Assembly: GCF_009914755.1 (NCBI RefSeq) | Contig: NC_060937.1 | Direction: 5' to 3' (one strand) | Length of the DNA: 64,000 nucleotides | Source: the human T2T-CHM13v2.0 reference genome, Homo sapiens | Shown here: positions 1 through 14,352 of the stretch, in pieces | Layout: each line of letters starts with the position of its first letter | Numbering within the stretch: position 1 is the first letter of the stretch | The notes under the pieces: model-generated | What the model was told of the DNA's origin: nothing | Databases searched by the model: none | Seen by the model: only the letters and a program-made list of their open reading frames with translations | Translations under genes and position numbers: made by a program

Positions 1-1077
1 AGAGCAGAGGAGAGCACTGAAAATTCACATCCTTTATTGGAAAATAAACAATACTTGAATTAAATTTCTGAGAATAGATCAGGTTGTTTTAAAATTTATA
101 TTCATCAAGTCATAAAATTAGAAAAATTTAATAAGTAAGCAGACTTTTGTACAGCCCAATTAACAAATAAAATCAAATATTTTTTCTCATTGTAATCAAA
201 AGTTACAGACAGTATTTTCCTAGGAAGGAAATATTGAACAACATTTTTGTTGAAATTTAACTACCATTTTTCTTACTTGCTTTTTCTTCTCCTTTTTTGA
301 ACATAGGAAATATTTACACCTATTTTCCCAAACTTTTGTTAGATGAGTGCTTATGTAGCATGTTGCTGATTGGCAACTTATTTCTCTTTAGTCATAAAGG
401 ATCAGAGAATGTATTCCCATTACATGTCATCACTTCAAGTAGGATGTAAATCTAGAATGATATAGACTAACACATCTCCATTCAAGTTTTTATGCATAAA
501 CTATATATTAGGTGTTGGACCACACAGTTTATTTCTAATCTATATTTTGGTTGTTAGCAGTGAGAGAGAATACTGTGAGAACATGTGAGAGAATAATGAA
601 GTAAAATAAATGAAATACATGAAAAAGAATGTATTATAAGGACTCATGGGTCATAAAGAAATAAGAACACTGTTATCTACATTACAAGAATGTAAAATCT
701 CAACTATACTTTTTCATCTTACTATATCCTTTTATACATAGAAGTTATATTGCTCTCATTTTATATATAATGTCCTTCGTAGTTATTGCCAATATTGCAT
801 TTTGATTTTTAGAGCCAATTATGCCTAATTAAAAAACATTTTTTTATGGCAGCTATGCAATAAAAACTATTGAATATATTTAATGCAATATTAATTATAT
901 TTTTAATATATAGCAAATAACTTTAAATAAAAAAAGTATCAGCTATTCTAAGTTAAATAAAAGGCCCAACTTGAATTGAGCATATACTCACTGAGACAAG
1001 TTAATTACTGAATATTCCCTTTTGATCCATTTTTATTGTTTCTGGTGGAAGAGATTCACATGTGCTCTCATGAAATA

Positions 1078-1333
1078 CATAGTTAGATAAAATGAATAAG
1101 GTCTAGTATTTGATAGCACAACAGAGTGACAACAGTTAATAATTTATTGTATATTTTAATTAAAAGTATAATGGAATGTTTGTAAAACAAAGAAATGCTA
1201 AATGCTTGAGGTGATGAATACCCTATTTATCCTGATGTGATTATTATGCATTGTATGCTTGCATCAAAATAGCTTGTGTACCCTACAAATATATAAATAC
1301 CTACTATGTACCCATAAAAATTAAAAATTAAAA
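1078..1333 (+). mobile_element. L1MA-type LINE-1 3' end fragment
   Basis: Typical L1MA 3'UTR (aatgcttgaggtgatgaataccctatttatcctgatgtgattatt...tactatgtacccataaaaattaaaaattaaaa) ending A-rich. Confidence 0.8.
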
Positions 1334-2379
1334 GTACATGACAAAATGTGTTCCATTACAAGTGGATTTTAATATTGTGCATATTTTATATGGATACACA
1401 AAAACAAGTTTATAAAACTACATTTAAAATAATATGTATTACATGATAATATATTTTAAACTATAGATAATATATAACTGATTTGATAAAGTAACTCAAT
1501 AGAGTTTATCATTGGGAGTGCATTTTATAAAATATAACTAGATATTATAGCACTAAGGCTATTTTTATTTCTTTTCTTTGGATTAATTGAAAACATGTAT
1601 TGTAGACTTATAAATGTCAGAATTTGTATGTATTTGGCTTTATCAGACTTTCTGGAGGATTATTAGGTAGAGTACATACTGAGAGAAGGAACATCTTTGA
1701 AATATCTTTGAAATGAGTTAGTTGAGGGATCCTACAGATTCAAATGCGATATAGTGAACTCCAAAAAGAGACAGACATGTTTATGGAATTTCATAGCATT
1801 AATTTTTCATTTCATTCATCACCATAAAAAAAGACCAGAAAATGGCTTACACACCCCATGAGATTAAAATAACCAAGAATCAAGACGAATAAATGTTTTA
1901 TTTCTATTTTCACTTTGAATGGACACAATTGGCCCTGCATTATGACTAGATAAAATTTTTTAGATTGAGCAAGATGTTATATTATTTATTGAGCAAGATG
2001 TTATATTTAGATGTTATATTAGGATCCAGAAATTTAGAGTAAGTCCTCTCAAAATATAAAATGTGTTGTATTAGATTATTGCAAAGTTACTTTGCATGTT
2101 ATCTTAGGTCATTAAAATTCTTAAAGAAATGTGAAGACTATGGTTATTTAGATAAAATTAAATATGCAATTTTCTTATGAGTTAAAATGTCAAAGAAATC
2201 TTAGGTGTACATGTAAAAATGCTACGGATTATTACTATTTTTAATCAGAATACGTCAGTTAAAAAACTTAAATGGTATTTAATATTGCTATATCTTGCCA
2301 TTGGTCTAGGAATAGAAAAAAATCCTGACATAATTAAAATTTCTAGTTATAGTCTTCCTATAAAAATTACATAAAATAT

Positions 2380-2553
2380 ATAGCAGTTAATAGCAAAAAA
2401 TAAAAATCAAGAAATTAAAACATACTACCAGGAAAAAAGTCACTTTTACCCAAAGAAAGACAGGAAGGAAAGAAAGAGGGAAAGGAAGGAGGAGAAGACA
2501 AACAAAACCACCAGAAAAAAAAAATGGTAGTAGCCAGTCCTTATCTATCAATA
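2380..2553 (+). mobile_element. Old L1M inter-ORF/ORF2-start fragment
   Basis: aagaaattaaaacatactaccag...aaagaaagacaggaaggaa...aaaatggtagtagccagtccttatctatcaata resembles the L1MA linker and ORF2 start. Confidence 0.55.
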
Positions 2554-3019
2554 CAAAAAACAATTGTAAAGAATGATACTATACAAGCTATGAATCTCAT
2601 GTCGCACTAAATACAAAGACATATGATCGAACGGTGGAGAAGAAAAACTGACGGTTGACAGAAAACCTTCATATAGAACCAAAGTTTATGTTAGCATTAA
2701 AGAGAAATCCCCTAAATTGTATTTGAAAACAGGCTCATGATTGCTGAAATGGAGAAAAACAAAAATTTTGATGAAATAAATTTATTATAACATTTTGATA
2801 GACTGAAAACCCTTAATTATTGTGAGCAAATGAATCTTTATATACAGAAAAGCAATTTAGTCATAAATTTTATTGAATCTTTAAGAAAACTACATATTGT
2901 AATCTTAAAAGAATACATATTGTAATAGTTATCTTTACATAGTGTAATAGTAATCTTGTACAGTTATCTGTAAGATTTGGAACTTAAATATTTGTGGTCT
3001 TAATTTCCATTGATACTAC

Positions 3020-3552
3020 TTTATTTATTTATTTTTTTTTAAGATTCAGGAGGTACAAGTTCAGGGGGTATATTATGTAATGCTGGGGTTTGGGCTTCTA
3101 GTGAATCCATCATGCAAATATTGAACATAGCACCTACTACATAGTTTTTCAACCCTCATACCCGTTCCAACTTTTTTTTTTTTTTTTTTTTTTTGGAGTT
3201 CCCTGGGTCTTTTGCTTCCATCTTTCTGTTCATGTGTACCCATTGATTAGCTACCACTTATGAGTGAGAACTTGTGGTATTTGATTTCTGTTTCTGAGTT
3301 ATTTCACTTAGGATAATGTTCTCCAGCTGCATCCTTGTTGGTGTGAAGAACAGGATTTCATTTTTTATGGTTGTGTGGTATTCCTAGATGTATATGTCCT
3401 AAATTTTCTTTATCTAATCCACCAGTGTTGGACACTTAGGTTGACTCCATGACTTGGTATTGTGAATAGTGCCACAATAAACTTACCAGTGCAGGTGTCT
3501 TTTTGATAAAACAATTTCTTTTTCTTTGGATAGATACTCAGTAGTAGGATTT
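3020..3552 (-). mobile_element. L1PA15/16- or L1PB-like LINE-1 3' end
   Basis: T-rich tail followed by antisense L1 3'UTR/ORF2 end (ccacttatgagtgagaac...gttatttcacttaggataatg...gtattgtgaatagtg). Confidence 0.8.
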
Positions 3553-3605
3553 TTAGTTGAGAAATCTAAGTATTAAATAGAGAGGAAATGAAAGTTTCAC
3601 CTGAA

Positions 3606-3900
3606 TTTTTATTTTCACTTTTTATTTTTTGAGACAGGATCTCTGTCATCCAGACTGGAGTGCGGTAGCATGACCACTTATGACACTCTAGAACTCCTGG
3701 GCTCAAGCAGTCCTCCTACATCAGCCTTCGGAGTAGATGAAACTACAGGCTTGCATCACCACACCAGCTAATTTTTAATTTTTTAGAGACGGGGCCTCCT
3801 TATGCTGCCCAGGCTTGTCTGGAGCTCCTGGGCTCAAACAGTTCTCTCATGTTGACCTTCCAAAGTGCTGGAATTACAGGTATGAGCCACTGTGCCAAGC
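3606..3900 (-). mobile_element. AluJ
   Basis: Antisense dimeric Alu (gagacaggatct...ctcctgggctcaagc...caaagtgctggaattacaggtatgagccactgtgcc), J-type and diverged. Confidence 0.9.
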
Positions 3901-4279
3901 TTTGACCTCATTTTTTAAAGCACAGGAATATAATGCTATTTTCATCATTTTCATTCAGTTAGAACAATTATGGTAAACAACGTCTGAAACTTAGACATTT
4001 CTCAAAGACCTAAACCATTTAAAATGATATTTACATTTCATACTTTTTTCTTTTTCCTAATAGTTTCCTTTCCTTTGTAATATTATAGCTGAAAAGAATT
4101 CAATTGAATAAAATCAGATTCTTTTATAATCATAAAAGGCATAGTTATGATTTTCTGATTTATAATTAACAATTTACTTTTGGCAGCAATTAAATATTGA
4201 AGCTTTATTATGTACCAACTACTTTTATGTGTGCTGTTATATAAATGGGTTAAAGATGGTTCTAGTATGTTGACCTTCT

Positions 4280-4768
4280 GTTTATGGTGGGCTTAAAAGC
4301 CCACTGATACCAAACTCAAAATGTCAACAATCCAATTGCTTTAAATATAGCCTCTTTAAACAAAATTTTTAAGCCATTAGAGTCTGCCTGCTTTGCATAC
4401 TCAGCCAAACTGCACCCAACATCTGCTAGCCATAGATAAAATAATTTATGGGGTTATAATAGACCTAAGCCTGTTATACGTCATTTGGAATACTCTGACC
4501 CAAAGACTTCCCATCAAAATATATGAGCTCTCGCTCCAATCTTTCTACCTGTGAGTTCTGCTGCCTATGAGTTCTCCTCGCCTTCTGGATCATGGCCCCA
4601 GACTGATGCCTCTTGAAGTTTTTGTGCTATGATAGACTTTCTTCTGCTCCTTCATGTCATCCTGTCAATGTGCTGTTTAAATAAAATTTGTTATGTGTTA
4701 CTGCTTCCTTGTGGCCGTGTATTTTGCCTTTTGAGGGATCAGCCTCTACATCTCTCAAACACACTACA
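4280..4768 (+). mobile_element. Old solo LTR (ERVL-like, family uncertain)
   Basis: LTR-like sequence (gcctgctttgcatac...aaactgcacccaacatctgctagccatagataa), AATAAA near 4680, ends ...cactaCA; 5' boundary approximate. Confidence 0.5.
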
Positions 4769-5345
4769 GGTGCTTGATTAAATATAAACATAAAAATGCA
4801 AGTCAATTCATATATTCAAGAGCCTACATGTAAAAATATATGTTAATGTAAATATGAATTATAAGCAAACAATTTGGATGAGAAAAATTAAGAATACTTA
4901 GAATATATAAATTAAGTACAGAACAATGATTTTGTCTTTCCCTTGGCTTTTTATTTGCAAACCTGTGGTTAAGGAAGAGGTGATACACAGGGTAGAAAAT
5001 AAATTGTACAAACTAATTCAAGTGAATGTATTTAATACCAAATCAATGTAGCCCTACTATAGCAACAAAGTACTTATTTTGGGTGTTGAACTGTCTTTGA
5101 TGTGGCTGAAATCCAATCACAATATTAAAAGAAAATACACTAGGCTAGGCATAGGATTAAGCACATAAACAAGTAGAAAATCATTGTAAATGATGGCTTC
5201 AGTTCAACACAAATACAATTAAATAAACCAAAACTTCTAGGACTAGCAAAGGGGAAAGAATTCTCAAAGATACTCTTTTCTCTGGCTTTCCATATTGAAA
5301 ATAATTTCTCATTTTGACAATATAACCTGATAAAAACCTTCCATC

Positions 5346-5887
5346 TGTGATGGTTAATACTGAGTGTCAACTTGATTGGATTGAAGGATGCAGTATTGAT
5401 CCTGGGTGTGTCTGTGAGAGTGTTGCCAAAGGAGATTAACATCTGAGTCAGGGGATGGGGAAGGAGACCCCCCTTAATCAGGTAGGCAAGACCTAATCAG
5501 CCGCCAGCAAATATAAAGCAGGGGAAAAAACGTGAAGCAAAGAGATGGGCCTAGCTTCCTAGCCTACATCTTTCTCCTTTGCTGGATGCTTCCTGCCCTT
5601 GAACATCAGACTCGAAGTTCTTCAGCTGTGGGAATCGGACTGGCTCTCCTTGCTCCTCAGCTTGCAGACAACCTATTGTGCGACCTTGTGATCATGTAAG
5701 TTAATAGTTAATAAACTCCCCCTTTTTATATACATATTATTTAATAAACTCCCATATATATGTATATATATACGCACACATATATATACTTGTGTGTGTA
5801 TACTTATACGTGTGTATACATATATATTATATATATATATATATCTCCTATCAGTTCTGTCCCTCTAAGAGAACCCTGACTAATATA
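5346..5887 (+). mobile_element. MLT2A (HERV-L) solo LTR, MLT2A1-like, with internal TA/TG microsatellite
   Basis: Starts tgtgatggttaatactgagtgtcaacttgattggattgaagg, ends gagaaccctgactaatata; perfect 5-bp TSD ccatc (5341-5345 / 5888-5892). Confidence 0.93.
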
Positions 5888-7810
5888 CCATCTATATAAA
5901 GATGTTTACTTTTTCACTGAAGTCATTTTGTGTTTACTTTTTTACTCAAATGAGAAATCAAGTGAACATTTGAACATTTTCTGGGCAACAAAAATGTAAA
6001 GAATGAAGAAACTATTCACCACAGTTGCCACATATTTAACAGGAATTTTGAGGTGAGAAAATAAAGCAATTCAAACTGATAGATGTAACCAGCATGAGGA
6101 ACATGGTCTGATTCAGTAAAATATTGCTTAGCATTTTTAACAAATGTATGCATGTATAAAGTATATGAACATTCTAATGTTGATGTTTAAAACATTTGGC
6201 AGCAGTGAGAAGATACGTGTTCATTACAGAGCTCTGCTGCCAGACTCTACAAGCAGCAACTATATCCCTCCTCACCTCACCTAGGTTTTAAATTATTTTC
6301 CTCTATATAACAGTGAAAAAAAATTACAAAATAAGAAAGTTTATCTTGAATTCTCCAAGCCTGTCTGATTCCTTTCTCCGTTTCTTGCTTACTTCTTTTT
6401 TCTCCATTACCTTCACTTCTTTTCCTTTTCTTTTTTCTATCCACGCATTCTTTTGTTCATCTAGGAAATATTTATTCAGTATCTAACACACAGGAAAGAT
6501 TTGACGGTGGGCTTTCATGTAAAACTACATCTAGTCCTAAGACTTTGGTAGAGTATTAGAAGAAATTCAGATAACATAGAACTGTAACTCTGAAATACTT
6601 CTCACCACCAACTCTTTGAGATTCATTTATATCCTTACTTATACATGGATATTTCTAAACTAATTTGATTATTTAGCTAGCATTATAAAAGTGGCACATT
6701 TTTATTACGTTATAGATATTTGTAATATGTCACAGACTAAAAATAAAATAACGTAGAATGACTAAAAATTTTTAAGTACATTTTCTTTTAACTGTAGTGG
6801 TTATCTATGGAATCTGCATGAAAGATGAGGATTTAGCTGACTTATACTGCCTCCACTTTTTCTCTTCCCTTTCCTTAAAATGTGCAGTAATGCAGTTTTA
6901 TATCTTCCATTATATGCCTTTAAATACTGTACTTGAAACTTATTTACCTCTTTTCTACATTTTTCCTCACTCCCTTGTCATAACTAGCTAACCTGTGTTT
7001 TGGCTATAGGTTGATTCAAAAGGTTGAAAAGCAATAAGGACATAATTATTGATAAATAAGTAATGTGTGATTATTATATAATTATAAATATTTATACTTT
7101 TAAAAAGTATATATTTTTATATTTTTTAAAAAACACTTTGTTTTCATTGCTGACAAAAAATGTGTTAGTATTGCAGTTTCTTCCCCATGAGTCCAAAATA
7201 GTGCACTACTTTAAGTATAGGATCCACATCTTCATTCTCAAATGAATTACCTTAAACTCTATCAACTACTCAAGAACATTTGTCTGAATATGTTTGAAAG
7301 AGTGATATAGGTGAAACCTGATAGAAATAATTTGAAAAGAGAATTGTAAGTGGATGAGTCATGCTGGAAAATGGGTCAGCAAATAGAACATCAATGCGAT
7401 TTCACAATGAATTAGAGTAGTATTTGACTGCAGAACACATATCAAAACAAAATGTGATTATGAGAAAAAAACTATTTAACTTATAGTGGTTAAACACACT
7501 GTACTATTAAACAACTTCAATGGAATTAAGATTTGACATCTTCTTGTTCAATTTTTCCAATAACACTTAGAGTGACTTATATCGGCAGGAATCATTCATT
7601 TTTTTCTGATGATAGCTCTTTAACAAAGTAAGAGAAAAATCAAACTTCAAGTGCTCTAAGTTTCTTCATCACGGAAAAAATAGATTATAGCATAAAGTTA
7701 GCATTTACATATACAGCATACATATATAAAATATAAACTGGATTTGTAGTTTTATTAAATACATAAGTAACAGTTAAATAAAGGTATTTTAGTCATAAGA
7801 TAATAATTCA

Positions 7811-7945
7811 GCGAGGCTTGGTGGTGAGTGCTTACACTCTTAGCTACTCAAGAGGCTGACATGGGAGGATCACTTGAGCCCAGGAGTTTGAGTCCAGCTG
7901 GGGCAATGTAGCAAGACCCCATCTTTTTCCAAAAAAAAAAAAAAA
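7811..7945 (+). mobile_element. FLAM (free left Alu monomer)
   Basis: Single monomer ggaggatcacttgagcccaggagtttgag...gcaagaccccatct followed by an A tail. Confidence 0.85.
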
Positions 7946-8239
7946 TCCTGCTATGTTTAATAGGATTTGCTTAAAAAATTGCACTGAAAATCTTATTCAC
8001 TCTTGTTTGATTTGATAAGCTTCAGCCTTTCTACAAATTCAGTCATTTTAAATAAAATTTATCAGGCTCCTTTACCTTTCTGACTATATATATATAGCCT
8101 ACAGTTACCTTAAATTTATTTCTTTATTCCTTCCCCTTTTTCTATATTCACTTTCTGCATGATTATTGAGTATGACTATGTAATGATAACTCTAGTATCT
8201 AACGGGAATAATGAATAAAAAGAGATATATTTTCTGTCA

Positions 8240-8611
8240 GATTTTCTTAGTCCATTTAAATTGTTATAACAAAATACCATAAACAGTGTAGCTTGTAGAA
8301 AACAGGTATTTTTTTTTCTCACAGTTCTGGAGTCTGGAATTCCAAGATAAAGATGCCAACAGATTCAATGTCCAGGAATGATCCAGTTACTGTTTCATGG
8401 ACAGCAGTCTTTTCACTGCGTCTTCAGATGGGGAAAGAGGTGATGAGTCTCTCTTGGGCATCTTTTATGAGAACACTAATTCAAGTTTTGAAGGTGTACC
8501 CCAGTGACCTAATCACCTCCCAAGGGCCCCACCTCCTAGGACCATCACATTAGCGGTGAGGATTCTATCAGATACGTTTCAGAGGTATAAAGAAACATTC
8601 AGACCATAGCG
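8240..8611 (-). mobile_element. MaLR solo LTR (MLT1A/MSTD-like)
   Basis: cttagtccattt...ctcacagttctggag...cctaatcacctcccaagggccccacctcc...aacattcagaccatagc. Confidence 0.8.
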
Positions 8612-8697
8612 CCAACACACACAAATATTCAGACCATAGCACCAACATATACAAATATATACAAACTCACATTTTCATGAAGCTTATATTTTAACCT

Positions 8698-8840
8698 AGT
8701 GCTTTTCAAACTGTCATGTACATAAGAATTTACTGGGGATTTTGCTAAAATGCAGATTCTGAAGTTGGGTTCTGAGATTTACAAGCTTCTAGGCGATTCT
8801 AATGCTACTGGTCCGAGAGTCATATAGTGGGTAGCAAAGT
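8698..8840. mobile_element. MER5-type hAT-Charlie fossil
   Basis: agtgcttttcaaact...taaaatgcagattct...gattctaatgctactggtcc. Confidence 0.65.
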
Positions 8841-9861
8841 TCTAGTCCATGTGGGTGGTACAATGGTATAACGTATTAAAACGGAGAGTCCTTACTAAAA
8901 GCTAAAGAACCAAGACAAGCAAAGCCAAAAGTTTTCAGTGATGCTGAAACCCCAATGTCATGAATAGAGTCTGAATGTGTGTGTTTATTTGTGTGTGGTC
9001 AGAGTCCAGGAAGGTAGTTGAGTGACAGTGGGGGCTAGCTATGTTATGTGATAGTATAACATAGTATGTGATAGTATCTGCGATAGTATGTGTGTAAGTG
9101 CAAGGATGAGTTGGAAGTGGTTGCCTGAAACAATGATTAACATGTATAGTTTTCTTTTTATTGGCTAACAGTGCTTGTGTATCAGGACCGGGTGACTCAG
9201 TCTCTCAGTCTAAGAAGTCAGTATAGTAGATAAACTGATTATCATCTTTTATATACATATGCATTGGGTTGTAGTGGCAGGCATTTTATTCTTGTATTCT
9301 CAAAAATGCAACTCCTAAGTATATGAATATTCTCCCATTTGAATAGACTTATTGTAATATATAAGAAAATTAAATATACCCCAATATCGTATTGTTTATA
9401 TTGTAGATTCGTTCCGTGTCCACTGAGTATATGTGTCCCACTGTTGTTGGCTAGAGGGTACTATAAATGTCAATTAGGTCGAGTTGGTTAATAGTGTTGG
9501 TTCAGGTCTTCTCTATACTTACTGGTTTCTGTCTAATTTTTCTAGCATTTACTAAATGTAAAGTGATGAAAGCTATGAAAATAATTGTCAATTTTTCTAT
9601 CTCTTCTTTTGGTTCTATGGGGTTTTGCTTTGTGTTTTGAAGCTTTTCCTAGGTATGTATACGTTTTAGATTTTTGTACCTTCTTAAATAGTGAACAAAA
9701 TTATCAGATATCCATTTTTATTTCTCACATTTATTTCACTAAAATCTATTTTGTGTGATATTAACAAGGCCACTCAAACACTAATATGATTCGTGATTTG
9801 TGGTATGTATTTTTGTCCTTTTATTTCTATTTTGTTTTTGCCTTTATATTTAAAGTTTAAT

Positions 9862-10146
<285 letters not shown>

Positions 10147-11626
10147 TAAAGTGTTATTTTTAACAGGATATAGTGTTCCATGCTTTACTTTTAAACCCAG
10201 TCTGACAATCTCTTCCTGTTAATTAGAATTGGAAAGTTTATGTGCAGTGTACATATAATATTTCAATGTTATAATCTCTATTAGGTATAAATATACTATC
10301 TTGCTCTTAATATCCAAATTTTCCCATCTGTTGTTTGTTTCTTCTTTCTGTTCTTTGGAATAACTGATTTTATTGTATTTCTATTTTATCCAAAGTTGAC
10401 CTATTGGAAACACATATTTAATTGACTCTTAAGGTATAACATGTACATATTTAACCCATTAAAATTACCTTCATACTATTTCATATAATGTGAAAACTCT
10501 ACAATTCCATTTCTTCCTGTCTTATTTTTCATTTTACTTCTGCATATGATGAAGTCCAAGATAATTTTGCTTTAAACAGTCAAATGTCTCATAACAGAAT
10601 AAAAATAGAAAAATAACTAGTTATATTTATTGCTATTCAATGACATTTTTCTTTGTATATATCCAAGTCTTCTACTATCCTATATCTTCTTCTGTAAGAA
10701 GATTGTAGCATTTTTTAGTCAAAACCTGCCGAGAACAAATTTTGTCTTTGTTTATTTTGAAGTCTTTATTTTACCTTTATTTCTGAAAAATAAATTTCAC
10801 TGAGTATAGAAATCTAGGTTGACAGGTTACATTTTTTTCAGCACTTGAATATACTCTTCTGTTGTCTTCTGGCTTGGTTTCTAGAAAATGTCTGCAGTTA
10901 TATTTGTTTCTCTGTGCCTAGTATGATATTGTTTCTCTCCTGCTTTTTAAGATTTTCTATCATCGGTTTTCACGAATTTGATGTCAATGGGTCTTGATGT
11001 GGTTTTGTTTGTTCTTTTAGGGCGTTTTGAGTGTCTTGGATCACTGGGTTTCCAGTTTTATCATTTGGACATTTCCTGGTCATTATTTCTTTTTGTTGTT
11101 GTTTTCTCTCACGTGTTTTCTACTGGAACTTCAAATACATGTTTTTGGACTGCTTGTTACTGTAACAGAGTACTGAGAATATATTAATTATTTTTTATAT
11201 TTTTTCCTAACTTGGCTTCATTTTGAATTGTTCCAATTGCTATATATTCAACTCTATTAATCAACTCTTCTCTATTGCCTAATCGGCTGCTAATTGCCTC
11301 TAGGAATTTATTTTTCACTTCAGATATATTATTCATGTTTATATTTATATGTGGTTCTTTAATATATCCTCATTTTTTTCTGTGCCCATTTTTTCTTTAA
11401 ATCTTGAACATAGTTATAATACCTGTTCAGATTCCTTGTCTACTATTTTTTATCTTTTCTGTCACATTTAGGTTTATCTTTCCTGAGTGACTGTTTGGGG
11501 GCATGCTTTGGGTTATATCTTCCTGTTTTTTGGTATGTGCCAGGGATAGGTTTTACTGAGAGTGTTTTTTACTTCTGTGAGAGTTTAGCCCCTACTACCA
11601 ATGTGTGGCCCTTCTAGAGCATCTAG

Positions 11627-12053
<427 letters not shown>

Positions 12054-12670
12054 CACATCTTATTTTTAAACAAAGATTCAAATCCCCTCATGCAGATTTC
12101 TGGAGCTCTTTTGGGACATGTTTCCTTATATCAAGAACTCTTCCACACAACTTCCATCTACTTAGACTTTTTGAACACCAGTCTCTGTGTCCCCAACTCA
12201 CCAAGTCGACCAAGCTCCCTTGAGGTACCCATCTATGCTTCCTGGCAGAAATCAGAGAACTCATAAGCCTTTGTTTCCCTTTTCTCAGGGTTCATGATGT
12301 TGTGCTCCTATTCCTCAATGATTGAAAATTTTTTCATATGTTTTGTCCAGTTTTCTAGGTTAAGGTGAAAGGTTTCATCTATTCCCTGTTACTACATCAT
12401 TGCAGGAACAAAAGTCCTGCTTTGAGAAAATAAAAGTATTCTTTCAACGTTTGTTAGGTAATTATGATGTATTTCCAGAGTTAAGGATCACTCTATAAAT
12501 TAGGTTACACTTTCTTTCAAAATAGCAAGACTTTCTATTATTTTAAAATATGACCTAGAGACACATTAATTTTCTTGCTATCCCTTCACATTCTATCAGA
12601 TTTCACATTCCCTCAAGAGATAGATTTGGAAATTTGAGTTTTTCAGAGCTGTTAAAAAAATGAAAGGTTA

Positions 12671-12917
12671 ACACCACATGTTCTCACTCATAGGTAGGAA
12701 TTGAACAATGAGAACACTTGGACACACGGTGGGGAACATCACACACCAGGCCTGTCCTGGGGTGGGGGGATGGGGGAGGGATAGCATTAGGAGATATACC
12801 TAATGTAAATGACGGGTTAACGGGTGTAGCACACCAACACGACACATGTATACATATGTAATAAACCTGCACCTTGTGTACATGTACCATAGAACTTAAA
12901 GTATAATAATAAAAAAA
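12671..12917 (+). mobile_element. 5'-truncated L1PA (L1PA4/5-like) 3' end
   Basis: catgttctcactcatagg...gatagcattaggagatatacctaatgtaaatgac...aacttaaagtataataataaaaaaa; TSD-like aaatgaaaggttaa / aaatgaaagattaa. Confidence 0.92.
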
Positions 12918-13255
12918 GAAATGAAAGATTAAACTGCTTATTTTCTTGCTTCTAAAAGCAGTCATTATATCAGCAACACTAGCATTAACTGCCAATTAAT
13001 TCAATTAATTGTAGCATATTAAAGCAGCACATTAAAAATCCAGAATTTCATACCCTATCCCAGATCTACAGAGTGTGAATATTCCCAAGAACCTTGCATG
13101 ATACATGAGAACTTTATATTCTAAGAAACTCTGTATAATATGCACACTAAAAATCTAACAGAAACCAAATGAAGTTGATAGGTGAGGAATAAAAATGACT
13201 AACAAGAGTTTTAAAATACCTTATAAGGGTATGTTAATGTTTTCAGTTGTGTTGA

Positions 13256-13325
13256 ATATACATATATACACACACACACACACACTATATCTATATGTGT
13301 ATATACACATACACACACACACACT
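13256..13325. repeat. Compound (CA)n/(TA)n microsatellite
   Basis: Seen directly in the sequence. Confidence 0.85.
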
Positions 13326-13993
13326 ATTGCTGCTATACACTTCCATGTTATCTTATAGAAAATTTCCCCCTAAAGTGGTAAAGTGGTAATCAAAATAAGT
13401 ATCACATTGTGGAAAGACAATTCTAGCTCTTGCATTTTATTTTTGAGCCAGTTTCAGTGTATAGGTCAACAGCAACATACTGTCTTTTTCTAATATTAGT
13501 TTATTCTGTCATTTAATTCCATTTAGTGTCAGCTTGTATTAGAATTGTTAGAGTACACACACACCAGTTCAAGGAAAGAATGATCATTGTTGGGAAATAA
13601 TTGACAGAGTAATAAACCTTGTACTACTCTACACTGCAGGAAGTGAAGGCATGCCAATAGTTGTCATGTTTCCTGCAGCCCTTCTGAAGTTTTTATGGGA
13701 TGATGTAAATGAATAGATGGCTTGTCACACTTATTGAGAGAAAGGTAAAATATTTGTTAAAGATAAATGTAAATGCCTTATTTATTTTTAAGGTAAATTT
13801 AGCAGTTTATTCTACTTATTCATTCAAATCAATAAATTAAATAAAAATAAATGTCTTAAATATGGCCTAGGAACAAGGAAATGGGTTGGGGGCTGCATGT
13901 AAAAATACAATTTGACATGAGAACATGAGGTATAAACATGAGAAAGTCCAAGGTAAGGCAAAGTAAAATCAACGTTGTTAAAGAAGCCCAGTA

Positions 13994-14299
13994 GGCCGGG
14001 CGGGGCGGCTCATGCTTGTAATCCCAACACTGGGAGGCTGAAGTGGGCAAATCACTTGAGCCCAGGAGTTTCAGACCAGCTTGGGCAACATAAGGAAATC
14101 TCATTTGTACAAAAAATACAAAAAAAAAAAAAAAGCTGGGCGTGGTCGTCAGTGCCTGTAGTGCTAGCTACTCCAGAGGCTGAGATGGGAGGATCACCCA
14201 AGCACAGGGAGGTTTAGGCTGCGGTAAGCCATGATCACGCCACTGCACTCCAGCCTGGGTGAAGAGACAGACCCTATCTAAAGAAAACAAAAACAAAAA
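13994..14299 (+). mobile_element. AluJ (Jb-like)
   Basis: ggccgggcggggcggctcatgc...aatcacttgagcccaggag...aggctgcggtaagccatgatcacgcc; TSD-like aaagaagcccagt / aaagagactcagt. Confidence 0.92.
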
Positions 14300-14311
14300 G
14301 AGACTCAGTGG

Positions 14312-14352
<41 letters not shown>

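Noticed and set aside
1964-2020. Short direct repeats (attgagcaagatgttatatt x2 plus a partial copy); similar ones at ~2890-2965 and ~9048-9092
   Set aside because: Ordinary slippage duplications with no spacer structure; not CRISPR-like, and the DNA is mammalian.
5140-5442. 100-aa minus-strand ORF
   Set aside because: Starts in the antisense MLT2A LTR and runs into AT-rich flank; no recognisable domain.
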